A DNA stretch of 64,000 nt from Trichormus sp. ATA11-4-KO1 (GCA_019358915.1 JAHHIM010000006.1:107340-171339); one strand, 5' to 3'; numbered from the stretch's first letter, positions 36,213-47,711 are shown. Numbers and translations: made by a program. Notes: a model not told the origin generated them from the sequence alone.

Positions 36213-37841
36213 TTACCAAGTTACGCGATCGCGCCATTTTTCTATCATTCTAGTGCTAATTCCTGGAACTTTTGTCAAATCTTGTAAAGATGTAAACTTT
36301 TGCTGCTGACGGACATTAATTATCCTTTGTGCCAATTGCTTACCAATACCTGGAAGAGTGATTAATTCTTCTAAGGTCGCTGTATTGATATTTATAATTT
36401 TAATTTCTAGATTTTCACTTGATGTTGGTGTTTTTATTTGGGGACACTTTTTCTCTGCTGCGGTAATTTTTTGCTGAACTGTTGGGGGGACACCCAGTCT
36501 AGCATTAGTATAAAGACGGGCAAATTCACGTACATAATGAGCAGCAATTGTGGGATTTTCAATTACTAAAAGTGTCTCATCGTTACCATGATTGGCTGAT
36601 GCTGACCAATTGTGAGAACCTGTAATTACTGTTTTTTGATCAATGACGGCAAATTTGTGATGTAATAAATCACCTTTAGCTAAAGTAGGTACACCGACAG
36701 TAGTAATGGGTTTCTTCCAAGGATGATTATCAACGTCATATTGACAATTATTACTCAGCGCCACTCCCATCATGTCCATGGCTTCGCTGTAAGGACGATA
36801 AGCAAATTGTGAGTCAATCAAGGCGCGGATGCTGACATTTTCTAAATGGCGATTTTCCAGAATAGTAGAAAGACGCTGTTCTGAAAAGACAAACAACGCC
36901 ATATCGATAGATTTAGTTGCTGTATTTAAAGTTTCACCAATTAAACCATTACCAGTTTTACTCCAAGGTTGAATTGGGGAAATAGGCGAAAAATGCACAG
37001 TAATTGTGGTTTCACCTAATGTAATTGTTTTTGGCGATCGCAGTGGTTTTTTTAAGCCAAATCTACTATCTGGTTTGCCACCTGGGCCATCACCCCACAT
37101 AATATTAAACTCTTCTGTAAATAAAGCTGCTAATTCTGGGCTATCAATCTGTAAAAAATTATTGGCATTACCTAAACTGCTAAGATTTGTATAATCACCG
37201 TGGACATCACTTAGAGTAAAATTAGCCGAAGTTGTTATCACAAAACGATTGTCTACAATCACAAATTTGTGATGCATCAAACTGCTACCTACTGAACCAT
37301 CAGCTTGATCATCTATCCAAGGAATTTGGGCATTTTGTAAAATTATCAAAGCATCTCGTTGATTAATTTCCTCTGGGCTAACTTGATGATCTTGATTAAG
37401 GTCAACAAATTTCTGAAATTCTTGATAATGTGCTTTTTCCCTAAGTGCTAAATTTTGCACTTCATCGGGTGATAAGCTACTCCAAGGGCGACTATAGTTA
37501 TTTTCTAAAATTACCCTGACTTTGATCCCAGCTTGCTGTTTATCTGCCAATGCTTGGACAAGGTTAGGTAACCGCAATTCTTGGATTGCCACATCTACAG
37601 TAGATTTAGCTTGAGAAATAGCATCGACAATATGCTGTTCTAAGTTATCTCCGGGGCGAGTTAGCCGACGGTAAGGTTCTTTGTATTCTGAGGACTGGGA
37701 ATGGTTAAAATAAACTTGAACTAATGGATCTTGTGGTAAAGCGGCTAGGCGTTGATTGGACGACTGGACTCGTTGACAAGCAGCGATCGCAAGTATTAGA
37801 CAAAAAATCAAAAAATACTTTCGTTGAGGAAAAATCTGCAC
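36213..37841 (-). CDS. comA: Competence protein ComA/ComEA-like: lipoprotein with two PLD (HKD) domains and a C-terminal helix-hairpin-helix
   Basis: IAAC lipobox; MHHKFVIVD and LHHKFAVID HKD motifs; ININTATLEELITLPGIGKQLAQRII HhH. Confidence 0.82.
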   Translation of the reverse strand: MQIFPQRKYFLIFCLILAIAACQRVQSSNQRLAALPQDPLVQVYFNHSQSSEYKEPYRRLTRPGDNLEQHIVDAISQAKSTVDVAIQELRLPNLVQALADKQQAGIKVRVILENNYSRPWSSLSPDEVQNLALREKAHYQEFQKFVDLNQDHQVSPEEINQRDALIILQNAQIPWIDDQADGSVGSSLMHHKFVIVDNRFVITTSANFTLSDVHGDYTNLSSLGNANNFLQIDSPELAALFTEEFNIMWGDGPGGKPDSRFGLKKPLRSPKTITLGETTITVHFSPISPIQPWSKTGNGLIGETLNTATKSIDMALFVFSEQRLSTILENRHLENVSIRALIDSQFAYRPYSEAMDMMGVALSNNCQYDVDNHPWKKPITTVGVPTLAKGDLLHHKFAVIDQKTVITGSHNWSASANHGNDETLLVIENPTIAAHYVREFARLYTNARLGVPPTVQQKITAAEKKCPQIKTPTSSENLEIKIININTATLEELITLPGIGKQLAQRIINVRQQQKFTSLQDLTKVPGISTRMIEKWRDRVTW

Positions 37842-38071
37842 AGTAATCTGCTAAAAGTGGATTGGGCATAAACACATTTATATTTCCCAAAATGGAGTAT
37901 GCCAAATTAAGTAGATAAGTAGCGACCAAAATCCACCCATTGAGGCAGAATTATTCAGAGTTTTTCCAGATTTACCAACTAACCTAATATGTGCTGAAAA
38001 TATAGGTAAGCCGTAGTCACATAGGTGAGAACAGTGTTAATTGCTTAAAGCAATGAAGTAACTGGGCTGAT

Positions 38072-38118
38072 ACTCAGCACTCCCCTTCGACTTCGCTCAG
38101 GGCAAGCGCACTCAGCAC
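38072..38118 (+). repeat. 44-bp dispersed repeat, copy 3
   Basis: ACTCAGCACTCCCCTTCGACTTCGCTCAGGGCAAGCGCACTCAG. Confidence 0.9.
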
Positions 38119-38133
38119 TTTATTATTGGTGAT

Positions 38134-39285
38134 ATGCAAATATATCTAGATTACAGTGCCACCACTCCTACTCGTTCAGAAGTGATCGCCGCGATGCAAG
38201 CAGTCCTCAATCAACAGTGGGGCAATCCTTCCAGTTTGCATGAGTGGGGACAACGGGCTGCAACAATTGTGGAACAAGCTAGAATCCAAGTCGCGGGATT
38301 AATTAATGCTACTGATCCAGAATCAATTATTTTTACTGCGGGTGGCACTGAAGCAGATAATCTGGCGATTATGGGTATTGCCCGATTGTATGCTGTGCCT
38401 CAACATATGATTATTTCCCAGGTTGAACATTCTGCTATTGCTGAACCATTAAGGTTATTAGAGATGTGGGGTTGGCAAGTGACACGCCTAGCTGTAGATG
38501 GTAAAGGCAGAGTCAATCCCCAGGATTTAAAAGCCGCATTGCGAGATAACACCGTTTTGGTTTCTGTAATTTACGGACAGAGTGAAATTGGCACAGTGCA
38601 ACCAATTACCGAACTAGGAAACATAGCCCAACAGCATGGGGTTTTGTTTCATACCGATGCCGTACAAGCCGGAGGACGCTTACCCATCGATGTACAACAA
38701 CTCCCCGTAGACTTACTTAGCCTTTCCAGCCATAAAATATATGGGCCACAAGGTGCTGGGGCGCTGTATGTGCGTCCTGGCGTGGAATTAGTGCCTTTAT
38801 TAAGTGGTGGAGGGCAAGAAATGGGATTGCGTTCTGGGACTCAAGCCGTACCTGCGATCGCGGGGTTTGGTGTCGCCGCACAACTAGCAGCCCAAGAACT
38901 ACCCAATGAAACACCCCGCTTAATTCAGTTACGCGATCGCTTGTTTGCTGAGTTAGCAGATATTCCGGGTTTAATCCCCACAGGCGATCGTCAACATCGC
39001 TTACCCCATCATGTCAGTTTCTCTCTAGAACATGCCGATGGTAAACAACTCAGTGGTAAAGCCTTAGTGCGGCAAATGAATCTGGCTGGTATTGGCATCA
39101 GTGCTGGCTCTGCTTGTCATAGTGGTAAACTTAGCCCCAGTCCCATACTTTTAGCAATGGGCTATACAGAAGCAGCCGCCTTAGGGGGAGTTCGCATGAC
39201 ATTGGGACGTGATACTACCACAGCTGATGTAGATTGGACGGCAATGGTGTTTAAGCAAGTTTTGCAGAGGTTGACTAAACCTTAG
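38134..39285 (+). CDS. Cysteine desulfurase (IscS/NifS family)
   Basis: YLDYSATTP, GNPSS, HTDAVQA, SSHKIYGP (PLP Lys) and SAGSACHSG (catalytic Cys). Confidence 0.93.
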   Translation: MQIYLDYSATTPTRSEVIAAMQAVLNQQWGNPSSLHEWGQRAATIVEQARIQVAGLINATDPESIIFTAGGTEADNLAIMGIARLYAVPQHMIISQVEHSAIAEPLRLLEMWGWQVTRLAVDGKGRVNPQDLKAALRDNTVLVSVIYGQSEIGTVQPITELGNIAQQHGVLFHTDAVQAGGRLPIDVQQLPVDLLSLSSHKIYGPQGAGALYVRPGVELVPLLSGGGQEMGLRSGTQAVPAIAGFGVAAQLAAQELPNETPRLIQLRDRLFAELADIPGLIPTGDRQHRLPHHVSFSLEHADGKQLSGKALVRQMNLAGIGISAGSACHSGKLSPSPILLAMGYTEAAALGGVRMTLGRDTTTADVDWTAMVFKQVLQRLTKP

Positions 39286-39327
39286 TGCTGAGTGCCTTTC
39301 TGAGTGCTGAGTGCTGAGTGCTGAGTA
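39283..39327 (+). repeat. TGAGTGC heptamer STRR array starting at the stop codon
   Basis: TAGTGCTGAGTGCCTTTCTGAGTGCTGAGTGCTGAGTGCTGAGT. Confidence 0.9.
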
Positions 39328-39501
39328 AGAAGAAGAATATTCAGTATTTTTGCACTCGGTAAATGCCTCACCCACAAGGGGATGGTTTTACGGCATCCTT
39401 GGGCTGCTATTAATCTTCGCCAGGAATTTTAAAAAGGCAAATCTCAGTAGGGATTCTGAGATATCCTTAGATAAGTGAGAGAATTGCCAAATAAATTAAG
39501 A

Positions 39502-40668
39502 ATGAAGCTGGCAGCACGAGTAAGTAAGGTGACGCCTTCTTTAACCTTAGCGATCGCAGCTAAAGCTAAGGCGATGAAGGCAGATGGTATAGACGTTTGT
39601 AGTTTTAGCGCTGGAGAACCAGATTTTGATACTCCAGCTCACATCAAAGCCGCAGCAGCGAAAGCTTTGGATGAAGGCAAAACCAAATATGGCCCGGCGG
39701 CTGGAGAACCAAAGTTAAGGGAAGCGATCGCCCACAAGCTGAAAACTGATAATGGTCTTGATTACAAGTCGGAGAATGTGATTGTCACTAATGGCGGTAA
39801 GCATTCTCTGTACAACTTGATGGTAGCGCTGATTGATTCGGGTGATGAGGTCATTATTCCTGCTCCCTATTGGCTAAGTTACCCCGAAATGGTGACTTTG
39901 GTAGGGGGCGTACCAGTGATTTTAAACACAGATGCATCAACAGCTTATAAAGTAACCCCCGAACAACTACGTCAAGCAATTACACCCAAAACAAAGTTAT
40001 TTGTGCTCAACTCCCCATCTAATCCCACTGGGATGGTTTACACACCAGAGGAAATTAAAGCACTAGCGGAAGTAGTAGTTGATGCAGATATCTTTGTCGT
40101 CTCTGATGAGATTTACGAAAAGATTCTCTATGATGGTGCTACACACATTAGCATTGGTTCTCTAAATCAAGAGATTTTTGCCCGCACTTTAATTAGTAAC
40201 GGGTTTGCCAAAGCTTACTCCATGACTGGTTGGCGACTTGGTTATTTAGCAGGGCCAGTGGAGATGATTAAAGCGGCAAGTACTATTCAAGGGCATAGTA
40301 CATCGAATGTCTGTACCTTTGCCCAATATGGAGCGATCGCCGCTTTGGAGGGTTCCCAGGATTGTGTAGAATCAATGCGCCAGGCTTTCGCTCAACGGCG
40401 ACAAGTAATGTTAGATCGGCTTAATGCCATTCCCGGCTTAAGTTGTGCTAAACCAGACGGTGCTTTTTATCTGTTTCCTGATATCAGTAAAACAGGTTTG
40501 AAATCCCTGGAATTTTGTAACGCCCTTTTAGAAGATTATCAAGTTGCAGTAATTCCGGGAATTGCCTTTGGCGCTGATCACAATATTCGCCTTTCCTATG
40601 CTACCGATATGGCAACCATTGAAAAGGGCATGGATCGATTGGAGAAGTTTGTGCGATCGCGGATTTAG
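39502..40668 (+). CDS. aspC: PLP-dependent class I aminotransferase (aspartate aminotransferase)
   Basis: [22 protein letters not shown] and [15 protein letters not shown] motifs. Confidence 0.85.
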   Translation: MKLAARVSKVTPSLTLAIAAKAKAMKADGIDVCSFSAGEPDFDTPAHIKAAAAKALDEGKTKYGPAAGEPKLREAIAHKLKTDNGLDYKSENVIVTNGGKHSLYNLMVALIDSGDEVIIPAPYWLSYPEMVTLVGGVPVILNTDASTAYKVTPEQLRQAITPKTKLFVLNSPSNPTGMVYTPEEIKALAEVVVDADIFVVSDEIYEKILYDGATHISIGSLNQEIFARTLISNGFAKAYSMTGWRLGYLAGPVEMIKAASTIQGHSTSNVCTFAQYGAIAALEGSQDCVESMRQAFAQRRQVMLDRLNAIPGLSCAKPDGAFYLFPDISKTGLKSLEFCNALLEDYQVAVIPGIAFGADHNIRLSYATDMATIEKGMDRLEKFVRSRI

Positions 40669-40680
40669 TTAATCATCAAG

Positions 40681-40715
40681 TTAGGGTCTGCATTTCAGTC
40701 ATACCCTAATTTTTT
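40681..40715 (+). terminator. Rho-independent terminator after aspC
   Basis: TTAGGGT...ACCCTAA followed by TTTTTT. Confidence 0.55.
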
Positions 40716-41314
40716 AATATCTGTAAAAATTATGACAATTCCCTAATAATACAGGTTAAATAAAAATAAACATCACCTGATCACGACTGTAGTAGTATCA
40801 GTATTTCTGTGGTTGCAGTTGTGAAGATTTATGTGGTATTGTGAAGTTTATCAATCAATCTTTTAATTTTACGGTGATTACTGCAATGCCAGTAGTTATT
40901 CCCACATAGTGCAATGTTCAGGCTCAAAAAAACTTCACTCAATCTTGGTCAATGCAGTATTCCACCTTAGCATCAGTTGATTGGGATTAGCTTTTCAATT
41001 ATATTAATGTTAGTAGCATCAGGTTTTAGATGTAGTTAAAAGTAAATAGATGACATGCAAGATGGTGGTTTATTTACTTATTTAACTGATGAATAGTGGC
41101 AGGAAATAGTCGTTACAAAAGCCCGAAAAACTAGTTAAGTAATGCACATTTAACAACGGCAATTGAGCGAAATTTTGATGGTTAGGTTCATCAGAATTCA
41201 TGAGCGCCAAAAGCTTAAGCCAACTTTGCAACTTGCAGAAAGCAAAAGCAAAATAAAAAGGGTTTTTCTGTGTAGTTTCTTGTCTCCTGAATTAAACCTG
41301 AAGCGGAGGGTAAT

Positions 41315-42790
41315 TTGAACACAAAAGTTTTGCAAAGAGAATGGTTCTCTAATGCCAAAGCAGACATATTGGCAGGGACTTTAGTTGCATTAGCACTAAT
41401 TCCAGAAGCGATCGCCTTTTCGCTGATTGCAGGTGTTGACCCGAAAGTGGGTTTGTATGCCTCGTTTTTGATAGCTGTAATTACATCCTTTCTAGGTGGT
41501 AGACCGGGCTTAATCTCCGCAGCTACAGCACCAATGGCGCTGCTGATGATTAACTTAGTTAAGGATCACGGACTGCAATATCTGTTTGCGGCAACAATTC
41601 TCACTGGGATTTTACAAATTATTTGTGGCTGGCTAAAGTTAGGTCGCCAGATGAAATACGTGCCTAGGTCTGTAATGATTGGCTTTGTTAACGCCTTGGG
41701 AATTTCCATTTTCAGGGCGCAGTTACCACAGGTGATGGGCGAAAGTATTCCTTGGCAAGTCTATCCAATGGTGGTGGGAACTTTGGCGATTATCTATATA
41801 TTGCCCAGATTTACCAAAGCCGTGCCATCCCCCTTAGTCGCAATCATTATCGTCACAGCAATTTCCATTTTCGGCGGCATAACGGTTCCTACCGTCGGTG
41901 ACATGGGTGAAATTCCCTCAACCTTACCTGTTTTTCAGTTACCTCAAGTCCCTTTCAATATAGAAACATTGGGAATTATTTTTCCCTATGTACTCAGCAT
42001 GACTTTTGTGAGTTTAGTGAATACTTGGTTGGTGGTATCACTAGTTGACGAATTTACTGATACTCCTAGCAATAAAAACAGAGAAGCCGTAGGTCAAGGT
42101 ATTGCTAACATCGCCACCGGGTTTCTCGGTGGTATGGCAGGTTGTGCTATGGCTGGTCAGTCAGTGATTAATATCAAGTCTGGTGGACGGACTCGACTTT
42201 CGACTTTGTGTGCAGGAATTGTCTTAATTGTTCTCATTTTGGTAGTAGGCGATTGGGTAAAGCAAATCCCCATGGCAGCCCTAGTAGGGGTGATGATTAT
42301 GGTGTCCATTGGTACTTTTAACTGGAATTCCCTACGGACTATAAATTTAGTCCCAAGAACGGAAACAGCCGTCATGGTAACCACAGTTTTTGTCACCTTA
42401 CTCACCCGCAACTTAGGACTAGGTGTGCTGATTGGTATCGTTCTCAGCACAGTTTTCTTTTCGCGTGACATTGCCAGAGTTGTCTTTGTAGACTCAGTGA
42501 TTAGTCCAGATCAAACTTACCGGACATATAGCGTTGCTGGCCAATTATTCTTTTTATCGGTAGACGAATTTCTCGCAGCATTCAATTTTCAGGAAAACTT
42601 GCAGCGCGTCAAAATTGACTTAACCCATGCTCACATTTGGGATCAATCGGCGGTGACAGCTGTTGATAAGGTAGTGATTAAGTTTCGCCGTAATGGTGCA
42701 GAGGTAGATGTGGTAGGTATGAACGAAGCCAGCGCTACATTAATCAATAGATTGGCGGTTTACGACAAGTCAGCAACCGCCGACAACTAA
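41315..42790 (+). CDS. SulP/SLC26 family anion transporter with STAS domain
   Basis: [27 protein letters not shown] and GGMAGCAM motifs; STAS GQLFF...IDL..AHIWD. TTG start with GGAGG SD. Confidence 0.92.
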   Translation: MNTKVLQREWFSNAKADILAGTLVALALIPEAIAFSLIAGVDPKVGLYASFLIAVITSFLGGRPGLISAATAPMALLMINLVKDHGLQYLFAATILTGILQIICGWLKLGRQMKYVPRSVMIGFVNALGISIFRAQLPQVMGESIPWQVYPMVVGTLAIIYILPRFTKAVPSPLVAIIIVTAISIFGGITVPTVGDMGEIPSTLPVFQLPQVPFNIETLGIIFPYVLSMTFVSLVNTWLVVSLVDEFTDTPSNKNREAVGQGIANIATGFLGGMAGCAMAGQSVINIKSGGRTRLSTLCAGIVLIVLILVVGDWVKQIPMAALVGVMIMVSIGTFNWNSLRTINLVPRTETAVMVTTVFVTLLTRNLGLGVLIGIVLSTVFFSRDIARVVFVDSVISPDQTYRTYSVAGQLFFLSVDEFLAAFNFQENLQRVKIDLTHAHIWDQSAVTAVDKVVIKFRRNGAEVDVVGMNEASATLINRLAVYDKSATADN

Positions 42791-42809
42791 ATTATCCCAG
42801 TAATCACCA

Positions 42810-43670
42810 ATGAAAAGAATTCTTCTGTGTACGGATGGTTCTACCTTCTCCCAGAATAGCTATCAGTACGCCGCTTGGTTAGCTCCACAGTTACAAGCCT
42901 CTATTGAGGTACTTTACGTCAGTGATGTGCGTTCCCAAAAGGTTGTTTCTAAAGACTACAGTTCCAGCTTGGGTTTTGATGCTTCGCGTGAACTCTTAAA
43001 TCGCTTGGTAGAGTTAGAACACGAAAAAGCCAAAATTAACAAGCAAAGAGCTAAATTAATCCTAGAAACCGCCGGACAGTTTTTTGCCCAACAAGGAATT
43101 AGTGAAGTCAAACTCACCAATCATACTGGCTTTTTGGTGGATAGTTTCCAAGAATTTGAAGACCGTGCTGATTTAATCATGATGGGTAAACGGGGTGAAA
43201 ATGCTGAATTTGCCTCAGGACACCTGGGTGCAAATGTGGAACGGGTACTGCGTTCTACGAAAAAGCCTTGCTTTGTCACATCACGTAAATATCAGCCGAT
43301 TAGCCGAATTTTGTTAGCTGATGATGGCAGTCAGAGTTGCCAAAGGGCAATAGAGTTTTTAGTGAACTCACCTGCTTTTAAAGGGATGGAGTTACATGTA
43401 TTGACTGTGGTGAAAAAAGCGGGGGATGAAAAAGCACACGCCTTCTTAAAAGCTACCCAACAACAATTAGTTACAGGTGGTTACACGCCAAAGTGCGAAT
43501 TGTTACAAGGAGAATCAGAACAGGTAATCACCAAGTACATGGAAACTCAAAACATCAATCTACTGATGATGGGTGCTTATGGACATAGCCGGATTCGACG
43601 TTTAGTCATTGGCAGCACAACATTACAAATACTTCGCAGTACACACGTTCCTGTTTTAGTATTCAGGTAA
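42810..43670 (+). CDS. Tandem-domain universal stress protein
   Basis: ILLCTDGS, DLIMMGKRG, LGANVERV; second domain ILLADDGS and MGAYGHSRIRRLVIGSTT. Confidence 0.92.
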   Translation: MKRILLCTDGSTFSQNSYQYAAWLAPQLQASIEVLYVSDVRSQKVVSKDYSSSLGFDASRELLNRLVELEHEKAKINKQRAKLILETAGQFFAQQGISEVKLTNHTGFLVDSFQEFEDRADLIMMGKRGENAEFASGHLGANVERVLRSTKKPCFVTSRKYQPISRILLADDGSQSCQRAIEFLVNSPAFKGMELHVLTVVKKAGDEKAHAFLKATQQQLVTGGYTPKCELLQGESEQVITKYMETQNINLLMMGAYGHSRIRRLVIGSTTLQILRSTHVPVLVFR

Positions 43671-44106
43671 CACATACCCAGGCGATCGCTGGTCATTAGT
43701 ACTAATGACTAATGACTGACAATTCTCCGTGCTTCATGAATATTCGTAGATCTGTGCGGCTTGCTTGTACTTTTATTGCAAATTGTTACGACAACATGAT
43801 ATGCTGGCGTCACGTAATCAACGCTCTCGTAATTGTTAGTAAGCAGGTTTGGGTAATGTTACAAGTAACGATCTCTTCGGTCGCCTTAACCTTAAATAGT
43901 TGGAATTGTCCACCCTGAAGTGGCACTTGAGCCTTGCAGTAAACACAAGTATTTAAAGCTAATCATGCAGGAAACGAAGCAAACTCTAGTTCTGTTTTGG
44001 CGATTATTATATATGCAACAAATGGTATGACTTTTGAGGTTTATCTGAGTCATTGTTTGCCAAGAGATAGTGCACAAAAAAAGCGGACGATGAACCAGAT
44101 ATATCC

Positions 44107-44220
44107 AGGACTTACGCAAAATCATGAAAAAACGTTCGTGAAGCGTGCGCGCAGCGCATACCACGAAGGACACAAAGAGCAGAAGAAAAGAGGGTTTCAG
44201 AGAGTTCTTGCGTAAGTCCT
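44107..44220. mobile_element. 114-bp MITE-like element
   Basis: Perfect 13-bp terminal inverted repeats AGGACTTACGCAA / TTGCGTAAGTCCT with a non-coding interior. Confidence 0.75.
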
Positions 44221-44620
44221 AATATCTTCAGCGACATCGAGGCTTAACGTTAGGCTCGATGAACGTAAAAAATGGTTGCAAACAAATAGCAAATTTGAGA
44301 CGCTCTGTAGCCTCCTAGATGGTGAATCAGGAAAAGTGCTGGCTGGCTTCTTTTCTCCGTCAAAGACTCTATGCAGTAAGCGCAACTATGCCCGCAGGGC
44401 TTGATGAGACGCTGCGCGAACGCCAGCCGCAGGCATCGCTAACTGTAAATTACCCAACAAGATATCAGCCTTTTGCTAAAGGGAGATGACGGACATAGCC
44501 GCATTCGCCCTTGAGTGATTGATAGTAGCCCAAACATCTTGAGATTAGCCATATTTCTGCTATTGCCTTCATTCAACGCCATGAAAAAAGCTTGATTTCT
44601 TACATAGAGGAAAACCTTTC

Positions 44621-46327
44621 ATGCAAATAACCAATCAAATCCATTTCCGTAACGTCCAAGGAGATATCCTTGGGGGTTTAACTGCTGCGGTCGTTGCCTT
44701 ACCTATGGCACTTGCATTTGGTATTGCTTCCGGTGCGGGTGCTTCTGCCGGTTTATGGGGAGCAATATTAGTCGGATTTTTTGCCGCGTTGTTTGGTGGT
44801 ACACCTAGCCTGATTTCTGAACCAACAGGCCCAATGACAGTAATTGTCACCGCAGTCATCGCCGGACTAACAGCCAATAATCCTGAAAATGGTTTGGCAA
44901 TGGCATTTACCGTCATTATGATGGCAGGAGTATTTCAAATCATCTTTGGGGTATTGCGATTGGGGCGGTATATTACAATGCTGCCCTATAACGTCATTTC
45001 TGGATTCATGACAGGAATTGGTGTAATTCTGATTTTTATGCAAATAGCACCCTTTTTAGGGCAAGAAACTCCTAAAGGTGGTGTGATTGATGTCATCCAG
45101 AATCTACCAACTCTAGTTACCAATATCAACCCTTGGGAAACTATTTTAGGGGTAATAACTTTAGCAATTCTGTTCTTTTACCCTGCTCAATTCAAGAAAG
45201 TTTTGCCGCCGCAACTCATTGCTTTAGTTATTGGTACGGCAATTTCTTTAGTTTTCTTTAGTGGTGTGGAAATTCGCACTATAGCCACTATTGGAGAAAT
45301 TACTCCCGGTTTGCCTCAACTGCAAATGCCCACTTTTACCCCAGAAAACTTGCAGTTAATGTTTGTAAATTCCGTGGTTTTGGGCATAGTGGGTTCGATT
45401 GATTGTTTGTTAACTTGTCTGGTGTCAGATAGTCTCACTCGTACAGAACACAAATCCAACAAAGAATTAATTGGTCAAGGTATTGCTAATTTGATTACTG
45501 GCTTATGTGGGGGAATTGCTGGTTCTGGGGCGACCACTGCGACTGTAGTTAATATCCAAGCGGGTGGACGCACGGCATTATCTGGTATTAGTCGGGCTTT
45601 GGTGCTGTTAATCGTGGTTTTGTGGGCAGCCCCCTTAACTTCTGGCATTCCTCTGGCTGTGTTAGCTGCGATTGTTTTAAAAGTAGGTATCAATATTATT
45701 GATTGGGGTTTCCTCAAACGGGTTCACAAAATTTCTTGGAAAGCGGCAGGAATTGTCTATAGTGTGGTTGCACTGACGGTGTTTGTCGATTTAATGATTG
45801 CTGTAGCCGTCGGGGTGTTTATTGCTAATATCTTGACTATCGATCGCCTTGACCAACTGCAATCTAATTCTGTGAAAGCAATTACTGACGCTGATGATCA
45901 AATTGTCTTAACTGCCGAAGAAAAGCAATTTTTAGATTTAGCCAATGGGCGAGTTTTACTATTCCATCTCAGTGGGCCGATGATTTTCGGTGTTGCTAAA
46001 GCTATTGAGAGAGAACATCGGGCTATTGCTAACTATGATGTTTTGATTGTCGATTTAGGTGAAGTTCCTGTCCTGGGTGTAACTTCTTCTTTGGCAATTG
46101 AAAATGCCATCCAAGAGGCTATTGATGCCGGACGGGAAGTGATAGTTGTGGGAGCAACAGGAAAGGTAAAAAATCGCTTAGAAAAGTTGGGTATTGCTGG
46201 TTTAATTCCTGGAAACCATTGGATGGGCGATCGCCTGACTGCACTGCAACAAGGTTTAGCTTTAGTTCGTGAAAAGCAAGGCTATAGCTATGATGAAATT
46301 GACAAACCTTTTTCTTCTCTTTCTTAA
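44621..46327 (+). CDS. bicA: BicA-type Na+-dependent bicarbonate transporter (SulP family)
   Basis: MQITNQIHFRN..GDILGGLTAAVVALPMALAFG, GGTPSLISEPTGPMTV and LSGPMIFGVAKAI are characteristic of cyanobacterial BicA. Confidence 0.85.
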   Translation: MQITNQIHFRNVQGDILGGLTAAVVALPMALAFGIASGAGASAGLWGAILVGFFAALFGGTPSLISEPTGPMTVIVTAVIAGLTANNPENGLAMAFTVIMMAGVFQIIFGVLRLGRYITMLPYNVISGFMTGIGVILIFMQIAPFLGQETPKGGVIDVIQNLPTLVTNINPWETILGVITLAILFFYPAQFKKVLPPQLIALVIGTAISLVFFSGVEIRTIATIGEITPGLPQLQMPTFTPENLQLMFVNSVVLGIVGSIDCLLTCLVSDSLTRTEHKSNKELIGQGIANLITGLCGGIAGSGATTATVVNIQAGGRTALSGISRALVLLIVVLWAAPLTSGIPLAVLAAIVLKVGINIIDWGFLKRVHKISWKAAGIVYSVVALTVFVDLMIAVAVGVFIANILTIDRLDQLQSNSVKAITDADDQIVLTAEEKQFLDLANGRVLLFHLSGPMIFGVAKAIEREHRAIANYDVLIVDLGEVPVLGVTSSLAIENAIQEAIDAGREVIVVGATGKVKNRLEKLGIAGLIPGNHWMGDRLTALQQGLALVREKQGYSYDEIDKPFSSLS

Positions 46328-46393
46328 GAGAACTGTATTCATGCAGGAAGTGTTGCAATCAAGTATACATTGACAACATCCTCAGCTCAGCAC

Positions 46394-47587
46394 TCAGAAT
46401 TTAATCAATCCCATCTCTCGCAAACCCTGGCGTAGCTTGTTCGCCTCGTCTGGGTTTTGCTGCTCGTGAAGCAGGATGGCATTTTTAAAGGCTGTTAAAC
46501 TAGCTGAGACATTGCCAACTTTTAGCTGTACTACCCCTAAATTTTGATAGGCTTGGGCGTAGTTGGGATTTAACTTAATGGCTTTTTGGTAACAAGCGAT
46601 CGCATCGGTAAATAAACCCAAAGCCTTAAATACCATCCCCAGATTATAATGTCCGGCAGCAAAACTAGAATCAATCTTTAAAGCTGTTTCATAAGCTATT
46701 TTTGCCCCGTTTAAATCTCCAGAGGCTTTGAGTAAGTTACCCAAATTGTTGTATGCTCCTAACTTCAGCATGGGGTAAATTGGTAACTTGATAGCAGCTT
46801 GATAGTGAAAAACAGCTTGTTGGGGATTTTGCAAATGATTGTGGGCAATACCTAAATGGTAGTGCAGCTCATACAAAATCTCGTAGTTTTCCTCACTAGC
46901 AGCGATTCCTCTTTGTAATAACTGCATACCTTGGGCAATTTTGCCAGTTTCCACATATAAAGCTCCTAATTTACTGCAAACATAGGGATCATCAGGATGG
47001 CTAGCTAGAAATGCTTCCATTGTGGTTTGGGCTTTGGCATATTTATTATTTTGAGTGATCGCATTTTTTTGGTATCCTTTGTGTAAGATTGCTACTCCTT
47101 GTAAATAACCGATCTGCCAGTGGGTTTCTTTAGTCAAAATTGCGCTAACGCTATCATCTACCAAAGCATGGTAAGGGCGTTGAAAGTGAATATCAGGATG
47201 GTGGCGAAAGAGTCGAGAAACCAGAGAATAGGGAGATTGTTCTGCGCCAACTTCTTGGCGGACAAGGTTAATTAGCAGATATTCTTCACTGTCGATTGCA
47301 GACTTAATCTGTGGCACAATACTTGGTGTTAAAATTTCATCGGCATCTAATACCAAAATCCAATCACCAGTAACATATTTTAAAGCTGCATTGCGGGCAG
47401 CACTGAAGTCATTGCACCATTGAAAGTGATAGACTTTGGCACCGAATTGTTGGGCAATATCAGCAGTGCGATCGCTGGAACCTGTATCCACTACTACAAT
47501 TTCATTTACTACATTTTTCACACTACTAAGGCACTTAGGTAGTGTAGCTTCTTCATTTTTAACAATCATGCACAGACTAAGTTTCAT
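46394..47587 (-). CDS. Family 2 glycosyltransferase with TPR repeats
   Basis: LSLCMIVKNEE, VDTGSSDRT, DFSAARN and LDADE motifs; five or more TPRs. Confidence 0.92.
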   Translation of the reverse strand: MKLSLCMIVKNEEATLPKCLSSVKNVVNEIVVVDTGSSDRTADIAQQFGAKVYHFQWCNDFSAARNAALKYVTGDWILVLDADEILTPSIVPQIKSAIDSEEYLLINLVRQEVGAEQSPYSLVSRLFRHHPDIHFQRPYHALVDDSVSAILTKETHWQIGYLQGVAILHKGYQKNAITQNNKYAKAQTTMEAFLASHPDDPYVCSKLGALYVETGKIAQGMQLLQRGIAASEENYEILYELHYHLGIAHNHLQNPQQAVFHYQAAIKLPIYPMLKLGAYNNLGNLLKASGDLNGAKIAYETALKIDSSFAAGHYNLGMVFKALGLFTDAIACYQKAIKLNPNYAQAYQNLGVVQLKVGNVSASLTAFKNAILLHEQQNPDEANKLRQGLREMGLIKF

Positions 47588-47675
47588 ATAGGCAGCAATT
47601 TAGTAATTAAAAGACACCATGAATATTACATAATTCAATCTTTTATTAACATAAACTGGAAATTCGCCAAGATGC

Positions 47676-47711
47676 GGGGACTCAAACCCTTGCTTCCTTT
47701 GGTCGCGATTC
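47676..47711 (-). repeat. 36-bp dispersed repeat (other copy at 52470-52505)
   Basis: Reverse complement GAATCGCGACCAAAGGAAGCAAGGGTTTGAGTCCCC versus GAATCGCGACCAAGGGGAGCAAGGGTCTAAGTCCCC (32 of 36 identical). Confidence 0.8.

Noticed and set aside
43712..44385. Four short ORFs (62-93 aa) between usp and bicA
   Set aside because: They overlap each other and run through STRR/MITE sequence, with no recognisable motifs.
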